Below are positions 1 through 10,432 of a DNA stretch of 32,000 nt, in pieces. The position numbers and the translations under genes are program-made. The notes below the pieces were generated by a model. The model saw only the letters and a list, made by a program, of their open reading frames with translations, was not told where the DNA came from and did not search any database. The stretch lies in the NCBI RefSeq assembly GCF_000195755.1, contig NC_002937.3, positions 1,950,001 to 1,982,000 on the forward strand. The letters run 5' to 3'. Every line of letters begins with the position of its first letter. Positions within the stretch are counted from its first letter, which is position 1. The DNA is from Nitratidesulfovibrio vulgaris str. Hildenborough (GTDB lineage Bacteria > Desulfobacterota > Desulfovibrionia > Desulfovibrionales > Desulfovibrionaceae).

Positions 1-1
1 G

Positions 2-583
2 GGCACGGGAAAAACCTACCTCGCCGTGGCGACGGCCCTTGCATTGCTGCAAGCCCGCCGCGTCAAGCGCATCATACTCACCCGCCCCGCCGTCGAAGCG
101 GGCGAGAAGCTGGGCTTCCTGCCCGGCGACCTCGTCGAAAAGGTCAACCCCTACCTGCGCCCACTCTACGACGCCCTGCACGACATGCTCGACTTCCAGA
201 AGGTTACGGACATGCTCGAGACAGGGGTCATCGAGATTGCGCCTCTGGCCTTCATGCGCGGACGCACCCTGAACGATGCGTTCATCATCCTTGACGAAGC
301 ACAGAACACGACCCCCGAACAGATGAAGATGTTCCTCACCCGGCTGGGTTTCGGGTCGCGCGCCGTCATCACGGGCGATGTAACCCAGATAGACCTGCCC
401 ACATCCGGAAGGGGCGATGCCCTCTCCCGGTCAGGCCTCGTACAGGCCATGCGCATCCTCGACGGCGTCAAGGGCATACGCATCATCCGCTTCCATGAAG
501 CCGACGTCATAAGGCATCCACTGGTCGGACGCATCGTACAGGCCTATGAAAGACATGAATCCGTCAAAAACAACCATACGTAA
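2..583 (+). CDS. phoH: PhoH-family ATPase (PhoH/YbeZ-like), 5' end cut by the window edge
   Basis: The frame starting at nt 2 reads G-T-G-K-T-Y-L-A-V (Walker A) and continues into the 26..583 ORF. That ORF contains [19 protein letters not shown] and [22 protein letters not shown] (Walker B), typical of PhoH. It sits in the classic phoH / HD-membrane protein / ybeY gene order. Confidence 0.92.
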   Translation, partial: GTGKTYLAVATALALLQARRVKRIILTRPAVEAGEKLGFLPGDLVEKVNPYLRPLYDALHDMLDFQKVTDMLETGVIEIAPLAFMRGRTLNDAFIILDEAQNTTPEQMKMFLTRLGFGSRAVITGDVTQIDLPTSGRGDALSRSGLVQAMRILDGVKGIRIIRFHEADVIRHPLVGRIVQAYERHESVKNNHT

Positions 584-3038
584 CCTGCTGCGTCGACTCG
601 CGCTCGTGACCGACGCCGGCGGCCTCGTCGCCCTCGCCTGTGTCATCATCGCGCTCTCGTTCCTTGCAGGGAGCGACATGAAGGCTCCTGCACGCGTTCT
701 CGTCGCCGGAGAGATTGCTCCTCATGACATCGTGGCCGACCGCGACCTGCTTGTCGAAGACCAGCAGGCGACACGGGCCCGCCGTGAACAGGCCGGAATG
801 CTGCAACCGGCCGTCTTCGAGTTGAGCACCGAACCCCTTCTGCACCTGCGCGAAAGGGTTCACGAAGTGTTCCAGTCGCTCAACAACGCCGAAATCGGCG
901 ACCTCGAACCGTTGCGTCTAGCCCTCTCCGACCAGTTGGGCACCGATATTTCCATGCGTACGCTCACGGTCTGGTCGAGCGAATCGTTCCAGTCGTATGT
1001 CACCACCAATGTCCTGCCATGGACCGAAGCCCGGCTGTCCGACGGCGTATCCTCCGACATGCGCATCCTGCTTCAGTTCAAGGGAGGCATCCTCGTACGC
1101 GACCTGACCACCGGAACCGAAACGCTACGCACCAACCTGCATGCCATCCCCGACATACGCACCGTCACCTCCGAATTGACGCAGACACTCAAGAACGACG
1201 GACAATTGCAACTCGCCACCCGCAGGGCCATCCTGTCGCTCATCGAGCCTCTGCTGGTGCCCACGCTCACCCTCAACCGCGAGGCGACCGCAGCCCGTTC
1301 AGCCGAGGTCACGGACGCCATAGAGCCTGTGCTGTACAGGCTTCAACGGGGAGAGGTCATCGTCCGGCAGGGCGAACGTGTCGGACGTGAACAGCAACTG
1401 AAAATCCAGAGTCTCTACAGCGTTCGCAGCAAGCGGCTGCATTCGCTCACCGTCGTCGGCACGGCGGTTTCAGCGGCCATTCTCGCCTTCGGCCTCTTCT
1501 TCGCCCCCAGCGGCAGACCGGGCCGCCCGCTGCAACGCAAGGACCTGCTCTTCATCTCCCTCCTGCTGCTGGGCTTCGCCCTCGCAGCCAAGGGGCTCAA
1601 CCAGCTTGCCCCGGGCATCACCGACGGCATCGCCACCGAACGGCTTGCCTACTGCTTTCCAGTGGCCGGGGCCGCAGGCCTTTCGGCACTCATATTCTCC
1701 GCCCGCCGCTACTGCGTGACAGGACTTCTGCTGGCCTTCTTCTGCACCGTCCTGCTACAGGGGGGCTTGCCGCTCTTCCTGTTCTTCTTCGTGGGAGCCA
1801 TGCTCAACACATGGCTGGTCACAAGGGCCCAGACCCGGCAGGATGTGGTGTGGAGCTTCTTCCCGCTTCTGGGGGGACTGCTGGTATGCGGCCTTGCATC
1901 GGCGCTGCTTGAAGGATTGCGCGGTACGCCACTTGTGCACACCCTGCTGCTGGTCGGGGCCAACGCCATGATTTCGATGCTGCTGCTCTTTGCCCTGAGC
2001 CCCTTCCTCGAAATGGCGTTCCGCTACACCACGCGTTTCCGCCTCATGGAACTCATGAGCCTTGAACAGCCGCTGCTACAAGACCTCATGGTGACGGTAC
2101 CGGGCACGTACCACCACTCCCTCATCGTCGCCAACATGGTCGAAGCCGGGGCCAAGAACATCGGTGCCAACAGCCTGCTGTGCAAGGTGGCAGCCCTCTA
2201 CCACGACATCGGCAAACTCTCGAAGCCAGAGTACTTCATCGAGAACCAGTTCGGCAGTCGCAACAAGCACGACAAACTGGCTCCCTCCATGAGTGCGCTC
2301 ATCATCACCTCGCATGTGAAGAAGGGCGTGGAACTGGCGGAGAAGCACAGACTGGGGCAGGAAATCGTGGATATCCTGCGGCAGCATCACGGAACCCGCG
2401 TCATCCGCTACTTCTTCCAGAAGGCTGTCGACCTTGGCGAAAAGCCGCGTGAAGAGGACTACAGCTACCCCGGTCCGCGTCCCCAGAGCCGTGAAGCCGC
2501 CATCGTCATGCTCGCCGACGCTGTCGAGGCGTCAAGCCGTACGCTTGTCGACCCTACGCCCGCGCGCATCAAGGGGCACATCGACACCATCGTGAAGGGC
2601 ATCTTCGCCGAGGGGCAACTCGACGAATCCGAACTCACGTTCAAGGACCTGCATAAGCTCTCGCAGAGCTTCCACCGCATCCTCACCGGCATCTTCCATC
2701 AACGCATCGAATACCCGGATGCGAACAAGGACAAGAAGCCCAGAAACGAGCAGAACGATAAGGCGCCTGCCGTGCAGGAGCAGCCTTCGCAGTCGGACAG
2801 TGCGGAGACGGCATCCGTGCAGACTACAGAACTCTCCAGACAGACCGGCGGCAAGAACGGCAACGGCAAGGGCAATGCCACCATCTCCGGGCAGCCACGT
2901 ACCGAGGGTAAGACTGACAGCGGAAACCCCGCCCCGGACACCGAGGTGGACAACGACGTGGAGTCCGCCGCCGCTGGTTCAGAGAATGCGCTGCCCGCAG
3001 CAACTGCACGCCGAGGAGAGCGGGACGGGACGGCATGA
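546..3038 (+). CDS. 7TM receptor with intracellular HD hydrolase domain (PgpH/YqfF family, putative cyclic-di-AMP phosphodiesterase), with a long low-complexity C-terminal tail
   Basis: 830-aa ORF. It has an N-terminal TM helix, a large extracytoplasmic region and a block of about 7 hydrophobic helices (residues ~300-500). The HD domain motifs are [18 protein letters not shown]...AALYHDIGK...HHG. The start at 546 overlaps the phoH stop by 38 nt; an alternative ATG is at 555. The stop overlaps the ybeY ATG (ATGA at 3035-3038). Confidence 0.88.
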   Translation: MKDMNPSKTTIRNLLRRLALVTDAGGLVALACVIIALSFLAGSDMKAPARVLVAGEIAPHDIVADRDLLVEDQQATRARREQAGMLQPAVFELSTEPLLHLRERVHEVFQSLNNAEIGDLEPLRLALSDQLGTDISMRTLTVWSSESFQSYVTTNVLPWTEARLSDGVSSDMRILLQFKGGILVRDLTTGTETLRTNLHAIPDIRTVTSELTQTLKNDGQLQLATRRAILSLIEPLLVPTLTLNREATAARSAEVTDAIEPVLYRLQRGEVIVRQGERVGREQQLKIQSLYSVRSKRLHSLTVVGTAVSAAILAFGLFFAPSGRPGRPLQRKDLLFISLLLLGFALAAKGLNQLAPGITDGIATERLAYCFPVAGAAGLSALIFSARRYCVTGLLLAFFCTVLLQGGLPLFLFFFVGAMLNTWLVTRAQTRQDVVWSFFPLLGGLLVCGLASALLEGLRGTPLVHTLLLVGANAMISMLLLFALSPFLEMAFRYTTRFRLMELMSLEQPLLQDLMVTVPGTYHHSLIVANMVEAGAKNIGANSLLCKVAALYHDIGKLSKPEYFIENQFGSRNKHDKLAPSMSALIITSHVKKGVELAEKHRLGQEIVDILRQHHGTRVIRYFFQKAVDLGEKPREEDYSYPGPRPQSREAAIVMLADAVEASSRTLVDPTPARIKGHIDTIVKGIFAEGQLDESELTFKDLHKLSQSFHRILTGIFHQRIEYPDANKDKKPRNEQNDKAPAVQEQPSQSDSAETASVQTTELSRQTGGKNGNGKGNATISGQPRTEGKTDSGNPAPDTEVDNDVESAAAGSENALPAATARRGERDGTA

Positions 3039-3523
3039 GTCGGCTTCTTGTTGACGACCCCTGCCGGGCAGCATGGCGGCTGCCCATCGCCCTTCGCGAC
3101 ATTTCAGGGGTGTTCGCCGCCATGCAGTGCGCCACGGGGCTGGAGGGCTTCGAGGTGGAACTGACCATCGCAGACGACGCCCTCATCGCCATGATCAACG
3201 AAGAGCAGTTGGGCTGCATCGGCCCCACCAACATCCTCTCGTTTCCGGCGTATGGAGCCCCCCCGGATTACCCTGCCGACGGCATGGAATGCGGCACGGG
3301 GCAGGATGCCCACACCAGCCTGCCGCTTCTGGGTTCGCTGGTTCTCTCCGTGGATACGCTGCGACGGGAGGCCTTCCTGTACGGTCAGCCCGTTCAGGAG
3401 CATTGTCTGCGACTGCTGGCCCATGGACTCGGGCATATCGCCGGATACGACCACGGGGCGGAGATGGAAGCCTTCGAAGAGGCGGCCCGCGAGGCTGCCC
3501 TCGCGACGCGCACAGCCCGTTGA
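3035..3523 (+). CDS. ybeY: Endoribonuclease YbeY (rRNA maturation factor)
   Basis: Zinc-binding motif HGLGHIAGYDH (H-x3-H-x5-H) and TNILSFP motif. Conserved position after phoH and the HD-membrane gene. 4-nt ATGA overlap with the upstream gene. Confidence 0.9.
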   Translation: MSRLLVDDPCRAAWRLPIALRDISGVFAAMQCATGLEGFEVELTIADDALIAMINEEQLGCIGPTNILSFPAYGAPPDYPADGMECGTGQDAHTSLPLLGSLVLSVDTLRREAFLYGQPVQEHCLRLLAHGLGHIAGYDHGAEMEAFEEAAREAALATRTAR

Positions 3524-3749
3524 CGACACGCCAGACACCAGCGCATCCTTCTCTCGCCTACCTTCGCCACTCCCGTTCCCGGAATCATGCAGACCGGCAC
3601 TTCAAGGCCGACATGAAGCCCCTGAAATGAGCATCCTGCCCGGCACACCCCGGTGCAGACCGATGCGTTATGGTCTGATTCGATACGCCTCCGGAGATTG
3701 CCACCGATACGTTCCAGCCAGACGACCATTGCCCGCCTTCTCGTGCTGG

Positions 3750-6152
3750 TCAGCCTCGCAGCCTCGCGATGAGTTGCAACAATTCCGAAGAACTGCGCGA
3801 AAGGTCGCGCACAACGCCGCCAGAGTGCCGCATGCCACTCTCCGTGGCATTGGCGATGCCGCGCACCTCTTCGACCGCATCGTTGATGGCGTCGTGTGCC
3901 CTTTCATGTTCCTGCGACAAGGTGGCTATGCTACGAATCTGTTCTCCCATGTGCATGGAGATGGAGACGATATCACCCAGTGCCGCACCGGAGGCCTCCA
4001 CAAGCCGCGTTCCTTCCCTGACGGCGTCCACAGCCTCTTCCGTGCGTTTGAGATTCTCGCGCGTCGTCTCCTGGATGTTCCGGATGCTGTTGCGCACTTC
4101 CCCCGTTGCGGCGACGGTTCGTTCGGCAAGCTTGCGCACCTCGTCCGCGACCACCGCAAAACCTCGTCCACTCTCGCCCGCGCGTGCGGCTTCAATGGCC
4201 GCGTTCAACGCGAGCAGATTGGTCTGGTCGGCGATGTCATTGATGACCCCCAGAATGGAGCCGATGGACTCTGTCTGTTCACCGAGTTGATGCATGGAAG
4301 AACTGAGCGACATGGACAGGCCGTGCATACGCTGCATGGCTGCCGCCGAGCGTTCCATGATCTCCGTTCCCTGTCGTGCCTTCTCACCGGCCTCTCCGGC
4401 ACTGTTGACCGCCTCGTCGGCATGTTGTGCCGCAGCCTCAAGAAGCTCGGCAAGTTGCCTTACGGCAGCCCCCGTGTTCTCGAGGCATGAGACCTGCTGA
4501 CGTGCCCCGTCGGCGCCATGCTCGACCTGTCGTGCCAGTTCCTCCGTCTCGTCGGCGACACCGGTGGCAATCTGCTCGGCTTGCGCCGCCACCTCGAGCA
4601 TCATGGCGTTCTGGCTTCGCACACGCTCTTCCTGTTCGCGGATGACCGTGAGGTCGGCAATGAGCGCAATGGCTCCGATGAGGCTTCCATCGAGATCGTT
4701 GAGCGGGGCTGCATCCAGACGCACGCGACGCACATGCCCCGAAGTATCGCGCATCTCGCGTTCGATAGCCTCGACGCACTCGCCAGTTTCAAGGCAGCGC
4801 GAGGTGGAACCGGAACCATCCCCCTTGCCCTGGAGCACTTCGGTGGCAGAACGCCCGAGCAGTGCCGAAGGGGGCACCTGCAAGTCCAGAAGCTCGATGA
4901 ACGGCTGGTTGACGAACGTGACCCGGTTGTCCCTTCCGGTGACGACGCACGGTACCGTAAGGCTATGGAGCACCCCTTGCGCGAAACCGAGCTTCTCTTT
5001 CAACTCGGCGACCATATGATTGACACCTGAAGCCAGACGACCGAGTTCGCCTCTGAACTCCCCGCGCAACATCCCCGAAAGGTCGCCGTCTGCCACGGAA
5101 GCGACATAGCCTTCGATGCTGGCGAGAGGACGCAGCAACTCCCGTCGCAAGAACAAGAGCGCCCCCCCTATGGCAACGAACATGGTCACAACGCCGAGTA
5201 CTCCCACGGTGTTCCGCAGACGGCTCACAGCGGCAAGGGCCGTTACCGCCGGGACTTCGCATACGAGGGCCCATGTGGCCCCAGCCACCTGCACACGGTC
5301 GAACGCAACGAGAATGCCACCCCGGTCTGACGTACTGATGACGCGCTCTCCCGCACCTCCATCGAATGCGGCACGCACGGCCTCTTCACTGGCAGAAATG
5401 GGTTTGCCACCATCGACCGCTGACGACATGTCCGTGCGCAGGATGCCATCCGCACCGACAAGATAGGAAAGCCCCGCCATCGCCTGCGTCCCGGAAGCCT
5501 GTGTCATGAGGTCGTTCAGTGCGGCACGCGGCACACGCAGCATGGCCACTCCGAGGATATCGCCGGTATAGCTTTTCACCGGGGCGGCGACAAAGGCGAC
5601 CAGACGCCCTCCGGCAGGGCCGAAGGCGAAGAAATCCGTGAACACCACCTCGCCCTTGAGTCCCTTCTGCCACGCTTCAGCCAACGGGGTTCCTGACAAG
5701 ACGCCTGTCTTGAGGTCTTCGCCAAGGTCGGTCCCCCGCTTCACCGAAAACAGGATGCGGCCGTAGTCATCGACAAGAAGGGCATCCTCGTAGCCGAGAT
5801 GCTGGACGAAGGGTGTGAACGCCCCGGCAACGTAGCCGTAGACCTCGTTGTAGGCGTCCGTATCGACGGGCATCCGTACCCCGGGACGCGCCTCGGTCAT
5901 GGCATAGTCCCGTAACATGCCGATGGCGTTGTAGACCTCCTTGATGGCCCCGAACATGGCGGCATCCGCCAGCCAGCGCCGCCCGGCCTTTTCCGTGGCG
6001 GTATGCTGTATATCGCGGACAGATGCCAGCCGTGCAAAGGCGGCACCCTCCAGTCCACGCGAGGCAAGGTCGAGGCTGATGCCTCCCATGAGTGCAAGAG
6101 GCAGAAGACCGATGGCGATGCAGAAGGCGAGGATTCTGGTGCGTAGCGACAT
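3750..6152 (-). CDS. Methyl-accepting chemotaxis protein (TM / periplasmic Cache-like domain / TM / HAMP / PAS / MA signalling domain)
   Basis: Highly conserved MCP hairpin [33 protein letters not shown]. The N-terminal helix [24 protein letters not shown] is followed by about 300 aa of periplasmic sensor, a second TM helix, HAMP and a PAS-like block ([21 protein letters not shown]). I prefer the ATG at 6152 (GGGGGGA RBS-like run upstream) over the ORF-track start at 6209. Confidence 0.9.
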   Translation of the reverse strand: MSLRTRILAFCIAIGLLPLALMGGISLDLASRGLEGAAFARLASVRDIQHTATEKAGRRWLADAAMFGAIKEVYNAIGMLRDYAMTEARPGVRMPVDTDAYNEVYGYVAGAFTPFVQHLGYEDALLVDDYGRILFSVKRGTDLGEDLKTGVLSGTPLAEAWQKGLKGEVVFTDFFAFGPAGGRLVAFVAAPVKSYTGDILGVAMLRVPRAALNDLMTQASGTQAMAGLSYLVGADGILRTDMSSAVDGGKPISASEEAVRAAFDGGAGERVISTSDRGGILVAFDRVQVAGATWALVCEVPAVTALAAVSRLRNTVGVLGVVTMFVAIGGALLFLRRELLRPLASIEGYVASVADGDLSGMLRGEFRGELGRLASGVNHMVAELKEKLGFAQGVLHSLTVPCVVTGRDNRVTFVNQPFIELLDLQVPPSALLGRSATEVLQGKGDGSGSTSRCLETGECVEAIEREMRDTSGHVRRVRLDAAPLNDLDGSLIGAIALIADLTVIREQEERVRSQNAMMLEVAAQAEQIATGVADETEELARQVEHGADGARQQVSCLENTGAAVRQLAELLEAAAQHADEAVNSAGEAGEKARQGTEIMERSAAAMQRMHGLSMSLSSSMHQLGEQTESIGSILGVINDIADQTNLLALNAAIEAARAGESGRGFAVVADEVRKLAERTVAATGEVRNSIRNIQETTRENLKRTEEAVDAVREGTRLVEASGAALGDIVSISMHMGEQIRSIATLSQEHERAHDAINDAVEEVRGIANATESGMRHSGGVVRDLSRSSSELLQLIARLRG

Positions 6153-6366
6153 GTGTCCCCCCGGACAGAGTGCTCTCGTTGGAAAACCCACACTCTGTAA
6201 CCGTGGCACATGACGAATAGGCGTGAGTATCTTGTCGATACGGTTACGTCATAGACCATCGTGGCACACAACCGACACCATCCCCCCCCCCGAGACAGGT
6301 GCCAGCAAACCGTTCGGCACATGCCACGGAAGACCCGCAGCATTGCGCCGTCAGCCTCGAGGCATG

Positions 6367-6398
6367 ACAAAAGCGGGGGGAGGTCTCCCTCCCCCCGC
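6367..6398 (-). terminator. Rho-independent terminator downstream of gatB
   Basis: Perfect 10-bp GC stem gcggggggag (6373-6382) / ctccccccgc (6389-6398) with a 6-nt loop. On the minus strand the hairpin is followed by TTTTGT (6367-6372). It lies 79 nt after the gatB stop. Confidence 0.75.
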
Positions 6399-6476
6399 AT
6401 CATGGGCTGCATGAATCGGCGCTACGTGCCGCTACACCGCCGGAATCCGCATGGGCATATCGCTTCCGCGCCCGGA

Positions 6477-7907
6477 CTAGCCAAGCTTGGAAGCAAGAAG
6501 TTCGTTGACGAGCGCAGGATTGGCCTTGCCGCGCGTCTTGCGCATGACCTGCCCCACGAAGAAGCTCACGAGTTTGGTCTTGCCGCCCCTGTAGGCTTCG
6601 ACTTCGGCAGGATTCTCGGCGATGACCTCATCCACCGCCTGTTCGATGGCCGACGTATCGGAAATCTGCACAAGACCGCGCTCACGCACGAACGCTTCCG
6701 GCATGGCACCGTTCTCGAACAGTTCGCCGAACACGTCGTTGCCTATCTTGGCACTGATGAGCCCCGCATCGATGATGCGCACAAGTTCGGCAAGTGCCTC
6801 GGGACGCATGGCAGAGACGGCGAGCGAGGTGCCGCGCTGATTGAGTTCACGCTGCAACGGCCCGAGCATCATGTTGGCGATCTTGCGGGGCTGGTCGTAC
6901 AGCTTCACGGCGGCCTCGAAGAACTCGGCGTGGTCACGTTCCGCCGTGAGCACCTCGGCATCCTGCGCCGAAAGGCCGAACGACGACATGAACCGCTCAA
7001 GCCGTGCCTGCGGCAGTTCGGGCAACGTGGCCTGCCATTCGGCCAGACGCGCCTCGTCGATGTGGATGGGGATGAGGTCGGGGTCGGGGAAGTAGCGGTA
7101 GTCGTGCGCCTCTTCCTTGCCACGCATGGAGACGGTGATGTTCTTGACGCTGTCGTACAGGCGCGTCTCCTGCACGACCTTGTCGCCATCGTCCAGCAGG
7201 TCGGCCTGACGGGATATCTCGTACTCGATGGCACGCTGCACATGCCTGAACGAGTTCAGGTTCTTCAGTTCGGCGCGTGTACCGAACTCGGCGGCACCAC
7301 GCGGACGCAACGACACGTTGGCGTCGCACCTGAAGCTGCCCTCCTCCATGTTGCCGTCGCAGATGCCAAGATGCACCACGATGGCACGCAGGGCCTTGAG
7401 ATAGGCCACCGCCTCCTCCGCACTTCGCAGGTCGGGTTCGCTCACGATTTCGATGAGCGGAACCCCTGTACGGTTGAGGTCGACGTAGCTCACGTTCTCG
7501 CCTGCGGAGTGGATGTTCTTGCCCGCGTCGTCCTCGAGATGGATGCGCGTGATGCCGATGCGCTTCACCGCGTCGCCCACGGAGATGTCGAGATGCCCAT
7601 GCTCGCAGATGGGCTGCTCGTACTGCGAAATCTGATACCCCTTGGGCAGGTCGGGATAGAAGTAGTTCTTGCGGGCGAAGACCGAGGTGCGATTCACGGT
7701 GCACCCCACGGCAATCCCCATACGTGCGGCGAACTCCACGGCCTTCTCGTTGAGCACGGGCAGCACACCGGGCATACCGGCGCACACCTCGCAGACATGG
7801 GCGTTGGGGTCGGCCCCGAAGGCCGTCGAACACGAACAGAACAGCTTCGACCGGGTACGCAACTGGGCGTGGACTTCAAGACCGATGACGGCTTCGTACG
7901 AGGCCAT
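6477..7907 (-). CDS. gatB: Asp-tRNA(Asn)/Glu-tRNA(Gln) amidotransferase subunit B
   Basis: 476 aa. N-terminus is [16 protein letters not shown], followed by FCSCS...[15 protein letters not shown], and a GatB/YqeY-type C-terminal domain ([12 protein letters not shown]). The AGGAG RBS lies inside the last codons of the upstream DUF4254 gene. Confidence 0.97.
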   Translation of the reverse strand: MASYEAVIGLEVHAQLRTRSKLFCSCSTAFGADPNAHVCEVCAGMPGVLPVLNEKAVEFAARMGIAVGCTVNRTSVFARKNYFYPDLPKGYQISQYEQPICEHGHLDISVGDAVKRIGITRIHLEDDAGKNIHSAGENVSYVDLNRTGVPLIEIVSEPDLRSAEEAVAYLKALRAIVVHLGICDGNMEEGSFRCDANVSLRPRGAAEFGTRAELKNLNSFRHVQRAIEYEISRQADLLDDGDKVVQETRLYDSVKNITVSMRGKEEAHDYRYFPDPDLIPIHIDEARLAEWQATLPELPQARLERFMSSFGLSAQDAEVLTAERDHAEFFEAAVKLYDQPRKIANMMLGPLQRELNQRGTSLAVSAMRPEALAELVRIIDAGLISAKIGNDVFGELFENGAMPEAFVRERGLVQISDTSAIEQAVDEVIAENPAEVEAYRGGKTKLVSFFVGQVMRKTRGKANPALVNELLASKLG

Positions 7908-7909
7908 GG

Positions 7910-8587
7910 CTACTCCTTGCCGGACACGGGCTGCGCCACGGGGGCGGCGGCGTACAATTCGGGGTTGAGGCTGGGGTCGTTGTACATCTTGAACTGGAAG
8001 TAGACCTTGGGGCGCTTGCGCCCTGCCACGAAGTCGCCCACAAGCTCATGGACGGCCCACGCGAGGTCGTCGCGCTGTTCATGCAACACGGCCAGCTTCT
8101 CGCGACAACGTCCGATATGCTCGGGGTCGGCATCTGTGCGCACGGTCTGTTCGTGCATGTGGAATATCTTGAGGCTGAGGATGGACAGCCTGTCGATGGC
8201 CATGCCGAGCGATTCCGTATTGTGGCGCGGGGCCGCGTCTGCGGGCAGATAGGGAGCCAGCAGTGCCAACAGGCAGGCGTCGACCTTCTCCATGAGGTCG
8301 TTACGGCGCTGGTTGTAGCCGTCTATCTCACGCTTGCATTCGGCGATGACGGTATCATCCACATCGCGCCTGCGCGCCACGTCTTCGACGTGCCACAGGC
8401 TGAAGTTCATGAGGTGCTGTTGCAGCACCAGCGCCCGCAGGGTTTCGGGCGAGGCTTCGCCGCCCGCATCGGGGGCGGATGGCGTCTCGGCGTGCCAGCG
8501 TGCAGTGGCTTCCGTCTGGGCTTCGAAGCACGACCCCAGTATGGCTTCCATGTCGGCGGGGATTCCCGCTACGGTTCTCGAGGACAT
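7910..8587 (-). CDS. DUF4254-family protein of unknown function
   Basis: 225-aa ORF. It has blocks I recognise as DUF4254-like: [62 protein letters not shown]. Its stop is 2 nt from the gatB ATG and its start is 21 nt after the stop of the upstream unknown gene. Confidence 0.8.
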   Translation of the reverse strand: MSSRTVAGIPADMEAILGSCFEAQTEATARWHAETPSAPDAGGEASPETLRALVLQQHLMNFSLWHVEDVARRRDVDDTVIAECKREIDGYNQRRNDLMEKVDACLLALLAPYLPADAAPRHNTESLGMAIDRLSILSLKIFHMHEQTVRTDADPEHIGRCREKLAVLHEQRDDLAWAVHELVGDFVAGRKRPKVYFQFKMYNDPSLNPELYAAAPVAQPVSGKE

Positions 8588-8608
8588 GTCTTTGCTTTTC
8601 CTTGCGTG

Positions 8609-10351
8609 TTATCCGCTTATGCCCACGTCGAAGTACTTGCCGACACCATACTCGCGGCGGCGGAAGAACTTGTCCGGCGAAGGGCCGATGATCTGTAGTT
8701 CACGATACTTCTTCTGCAGGTCGAGGGCGATATGCATCTCCTTGGTGCACCCGGTCGAAAAGGTCGAGTCCTTGCCCGACCACGCCGAGGGCACCTTGCG
8801 CCCCATGAGCGCGAAGCTCGTCTCTATATCCTCGACGGTCTGGAAACGCCAGACGTCCAGCAGGCCGCTGCGCTGCACACGTTCCCACATGAACATGAGG
8901 TCGTCGCCGTCCATCCCCTCTTCGAAATGCTCGGCGGGGTTGATGATGAACGTGTTGTCGAGACGTTCGCGCAGGTCGCGTACGAAGGCGTCCACCACGC
9001 CGATGGCGGTCTTGGTCTGCCCCGGCACACTGCCGATGATACAGCTGTAGAACATGACAGAGCGCCCGGCGCGGCGCGCCTCACGCATCTGCTGGATGAT
9101 GTCCTCCGCCTTCTGCAACAGGTCATGTTCGGTGAACTTGCGTACGCCTTTCGCGCGGGGCTTGCACTCCATGTGGTATTGCCCCTGCTGGTCGAACCAG
9201 CACATGACGATGTCACGGGTGAACTGGTGGCTGCTGAGACCGAACGTGTGGTGGTTGCGCCACCCTCGTGCGATGACCACGTCGCACTCCTTCCATGCAC
9301 GGGCGAACGTGACGCTGACACGATGCAGGTTGGTGCGCTCGCGCGTTCCGTCGGAGATGACCACAAAGCGATGCTCACGCAGATGGCGCAGCAGGTCGTT
9401 CTTGGTCACCACGTTGTCATGCAGGACGAAAGCCCCTTCCAGCGCGGACTTGAGGGAGGGGTCGTGCTCGTGGTCCCATATGCGCGGTGCATAGAAGTAG
9501 AACCCTTCCTTGAGGGCGAACACCACCTGATGCCCCATGCGCAGCAACGTCTTGATGACGGCGACGTCGAAGATGCCGCCCCCGTCGGGGTCGCACAGGT
9601 AGAGCACCTTCTTGCGCGGTTCCGTCTCCGGGCCGAAAAGCAGCCCCAGCGAACCTGAGGCGGCGCAGCCCGTGGCGAACTCCTTCTCGATGTCCAGTGG
9701 CGAGGGCGGCGTGTCTATCCACGCCCTGCCTGCATTGGCGAGGTAGAGCAGCCGCTGCAGTTCGGCAAGGTCGAGACGCCAGCGCAGGTCGACGATGTCT
9801 CCATGCGTATCGAACCCGTCGGGCACCTGCCGCAAGGCACGGCGCACCGTGAAGCTGTCCAGAAGGTCGGCGGCACGACGGTTGGCCTGCTGCTTGCGCT
9901 CGGCCCACGGGTCTTCCTGCCCGCTTTGCGTGAGTACGATGCTGGTCAGGCGTTTGACGAGACGCGAAGGGATGATGATGTGCTGGTTGATGTGCAGCCT
10001 GAAACGATGCCTGCAATACTGCATGATGCGACGACGAACCGAACGTTCGAGCGACCGCGTCCGGGCGATGCGCATGATGATGCGCCACGCACGGTTGTAC
10101 TGCTCTTGCAGTTCGCGTGTCTTCTCCGGCTGCATGAGCAGAGAGAACGTCTGGTCGGAACAGGGCATGTAGATCTGGTCTTCATCGAGGGCCACCATGA
10201 ACCGGAGCTGCTCGGGCGTCGCTATGAGCGTAGGGTTGAGCAGATGCTCGATGTTGTTCTCGGTCATGAGGTTGTAGACCCATGCGTCGAGATAGGGGTC
10301 CTTGCGAAGGCGTATGTCGCTCACGGCATCGAACTGCGGCAGTCTTTTCAT
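8609..10351 (-). CDS. Uncharacterised 580-aa protein; the central region resembles a diverged DUF89/ARMT1-type (damage-control phosphatase) fold, flanked by unique N- and C-terminal regions
   Basis: Long ORF with coding-like composition. I prefer the ATG at 10351 (MKRLPQF, GGAG 5 nt upstream); the ORF-track start at 10420 is the alternative. By-eye DUF89-like blocks: SGQEDPWAERKQQANRRAADLL, VLYLCDPDGGGIFDVAVIKTLLRMGHQVVFALK and VISDGTRERTNLHRVSVTFARAWKECDVVIARGWRNHHTF. The domain call is weak and not HMM-verified. Confidence 0.8.
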   Translation of the reverse strand: MKRLPQFDAVSDIRLRKDPYLDAWVYNLMTENNIEHLLNPTLIATPEQLRFMVALDEDQIYMPCSDQTFSLLMQPEKTRELQEQYNRAWRIIMRIARTRSLERSVRRRIMQYCRHRFRLHINQHIIIPSRLVKRLTSIVLTQSGQEDPWAERKQQANRRAADLLDSFTVRRALRQVPDGFDTHGDIVDLRWRLDLAELQRLLYLANAGRAWIDTPPSPLDIEKEFATGCAASGSLGLLFGPETEPRKKVLYLCDPDGGGIFDVAVIKTLLRMGHQVVFALKEGFYFYAPRIWDHEHDPSLKSALEGAFVLHDNVVTKNDLLRHLREHRFVVISDGTRERTNLHRVSVTFARAWKECDVVIARGWRNHHTFGLSSHQFTRDIVMCWFDQQGQYHMECKPRAKGVRKFTEHDLLQKAEDIIQQMREARRAGRSVMFYSCIIGSVPGQTKTAIGVVDAFVRDLRERLDNTFIINPAEHFEEGMDGDDLMFMWERVQRSGLLDVWRFQTVEDIETSFALMGRKVPSAWSGKDSTFSTGCTKEMHIALDLQKKYRELQIIGPSPDKFFRRREYGVGKYFDVGISG

Positions 10352-10432
10352 GGCGGCTCCGTTCAGCGTGCAGGAGATGGAGTGACGGGGGCTGCCAGGC
10401 CCCCTGGACGGCAACAACAATAGGCGGACGCA

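Noticed and set aside
3252-4490. 412-aa plus-strand ORF spanning the ybeY 3' end, the intergenic gap and the MCP antisense
   Set aside because: It overlaps two confidently called genes. The translation is Arg/Pro/Cys-rich and non-protein-like.
6261-8003. 580-aa ORF on the plus strand
   Set aside because: It is entirely antisense to gatB and the DUF4254 gene. The translation is Arg/His/Gly/Leu-rich with no motifs. Long stop-free antisense frames are expected in high-GC DNA.
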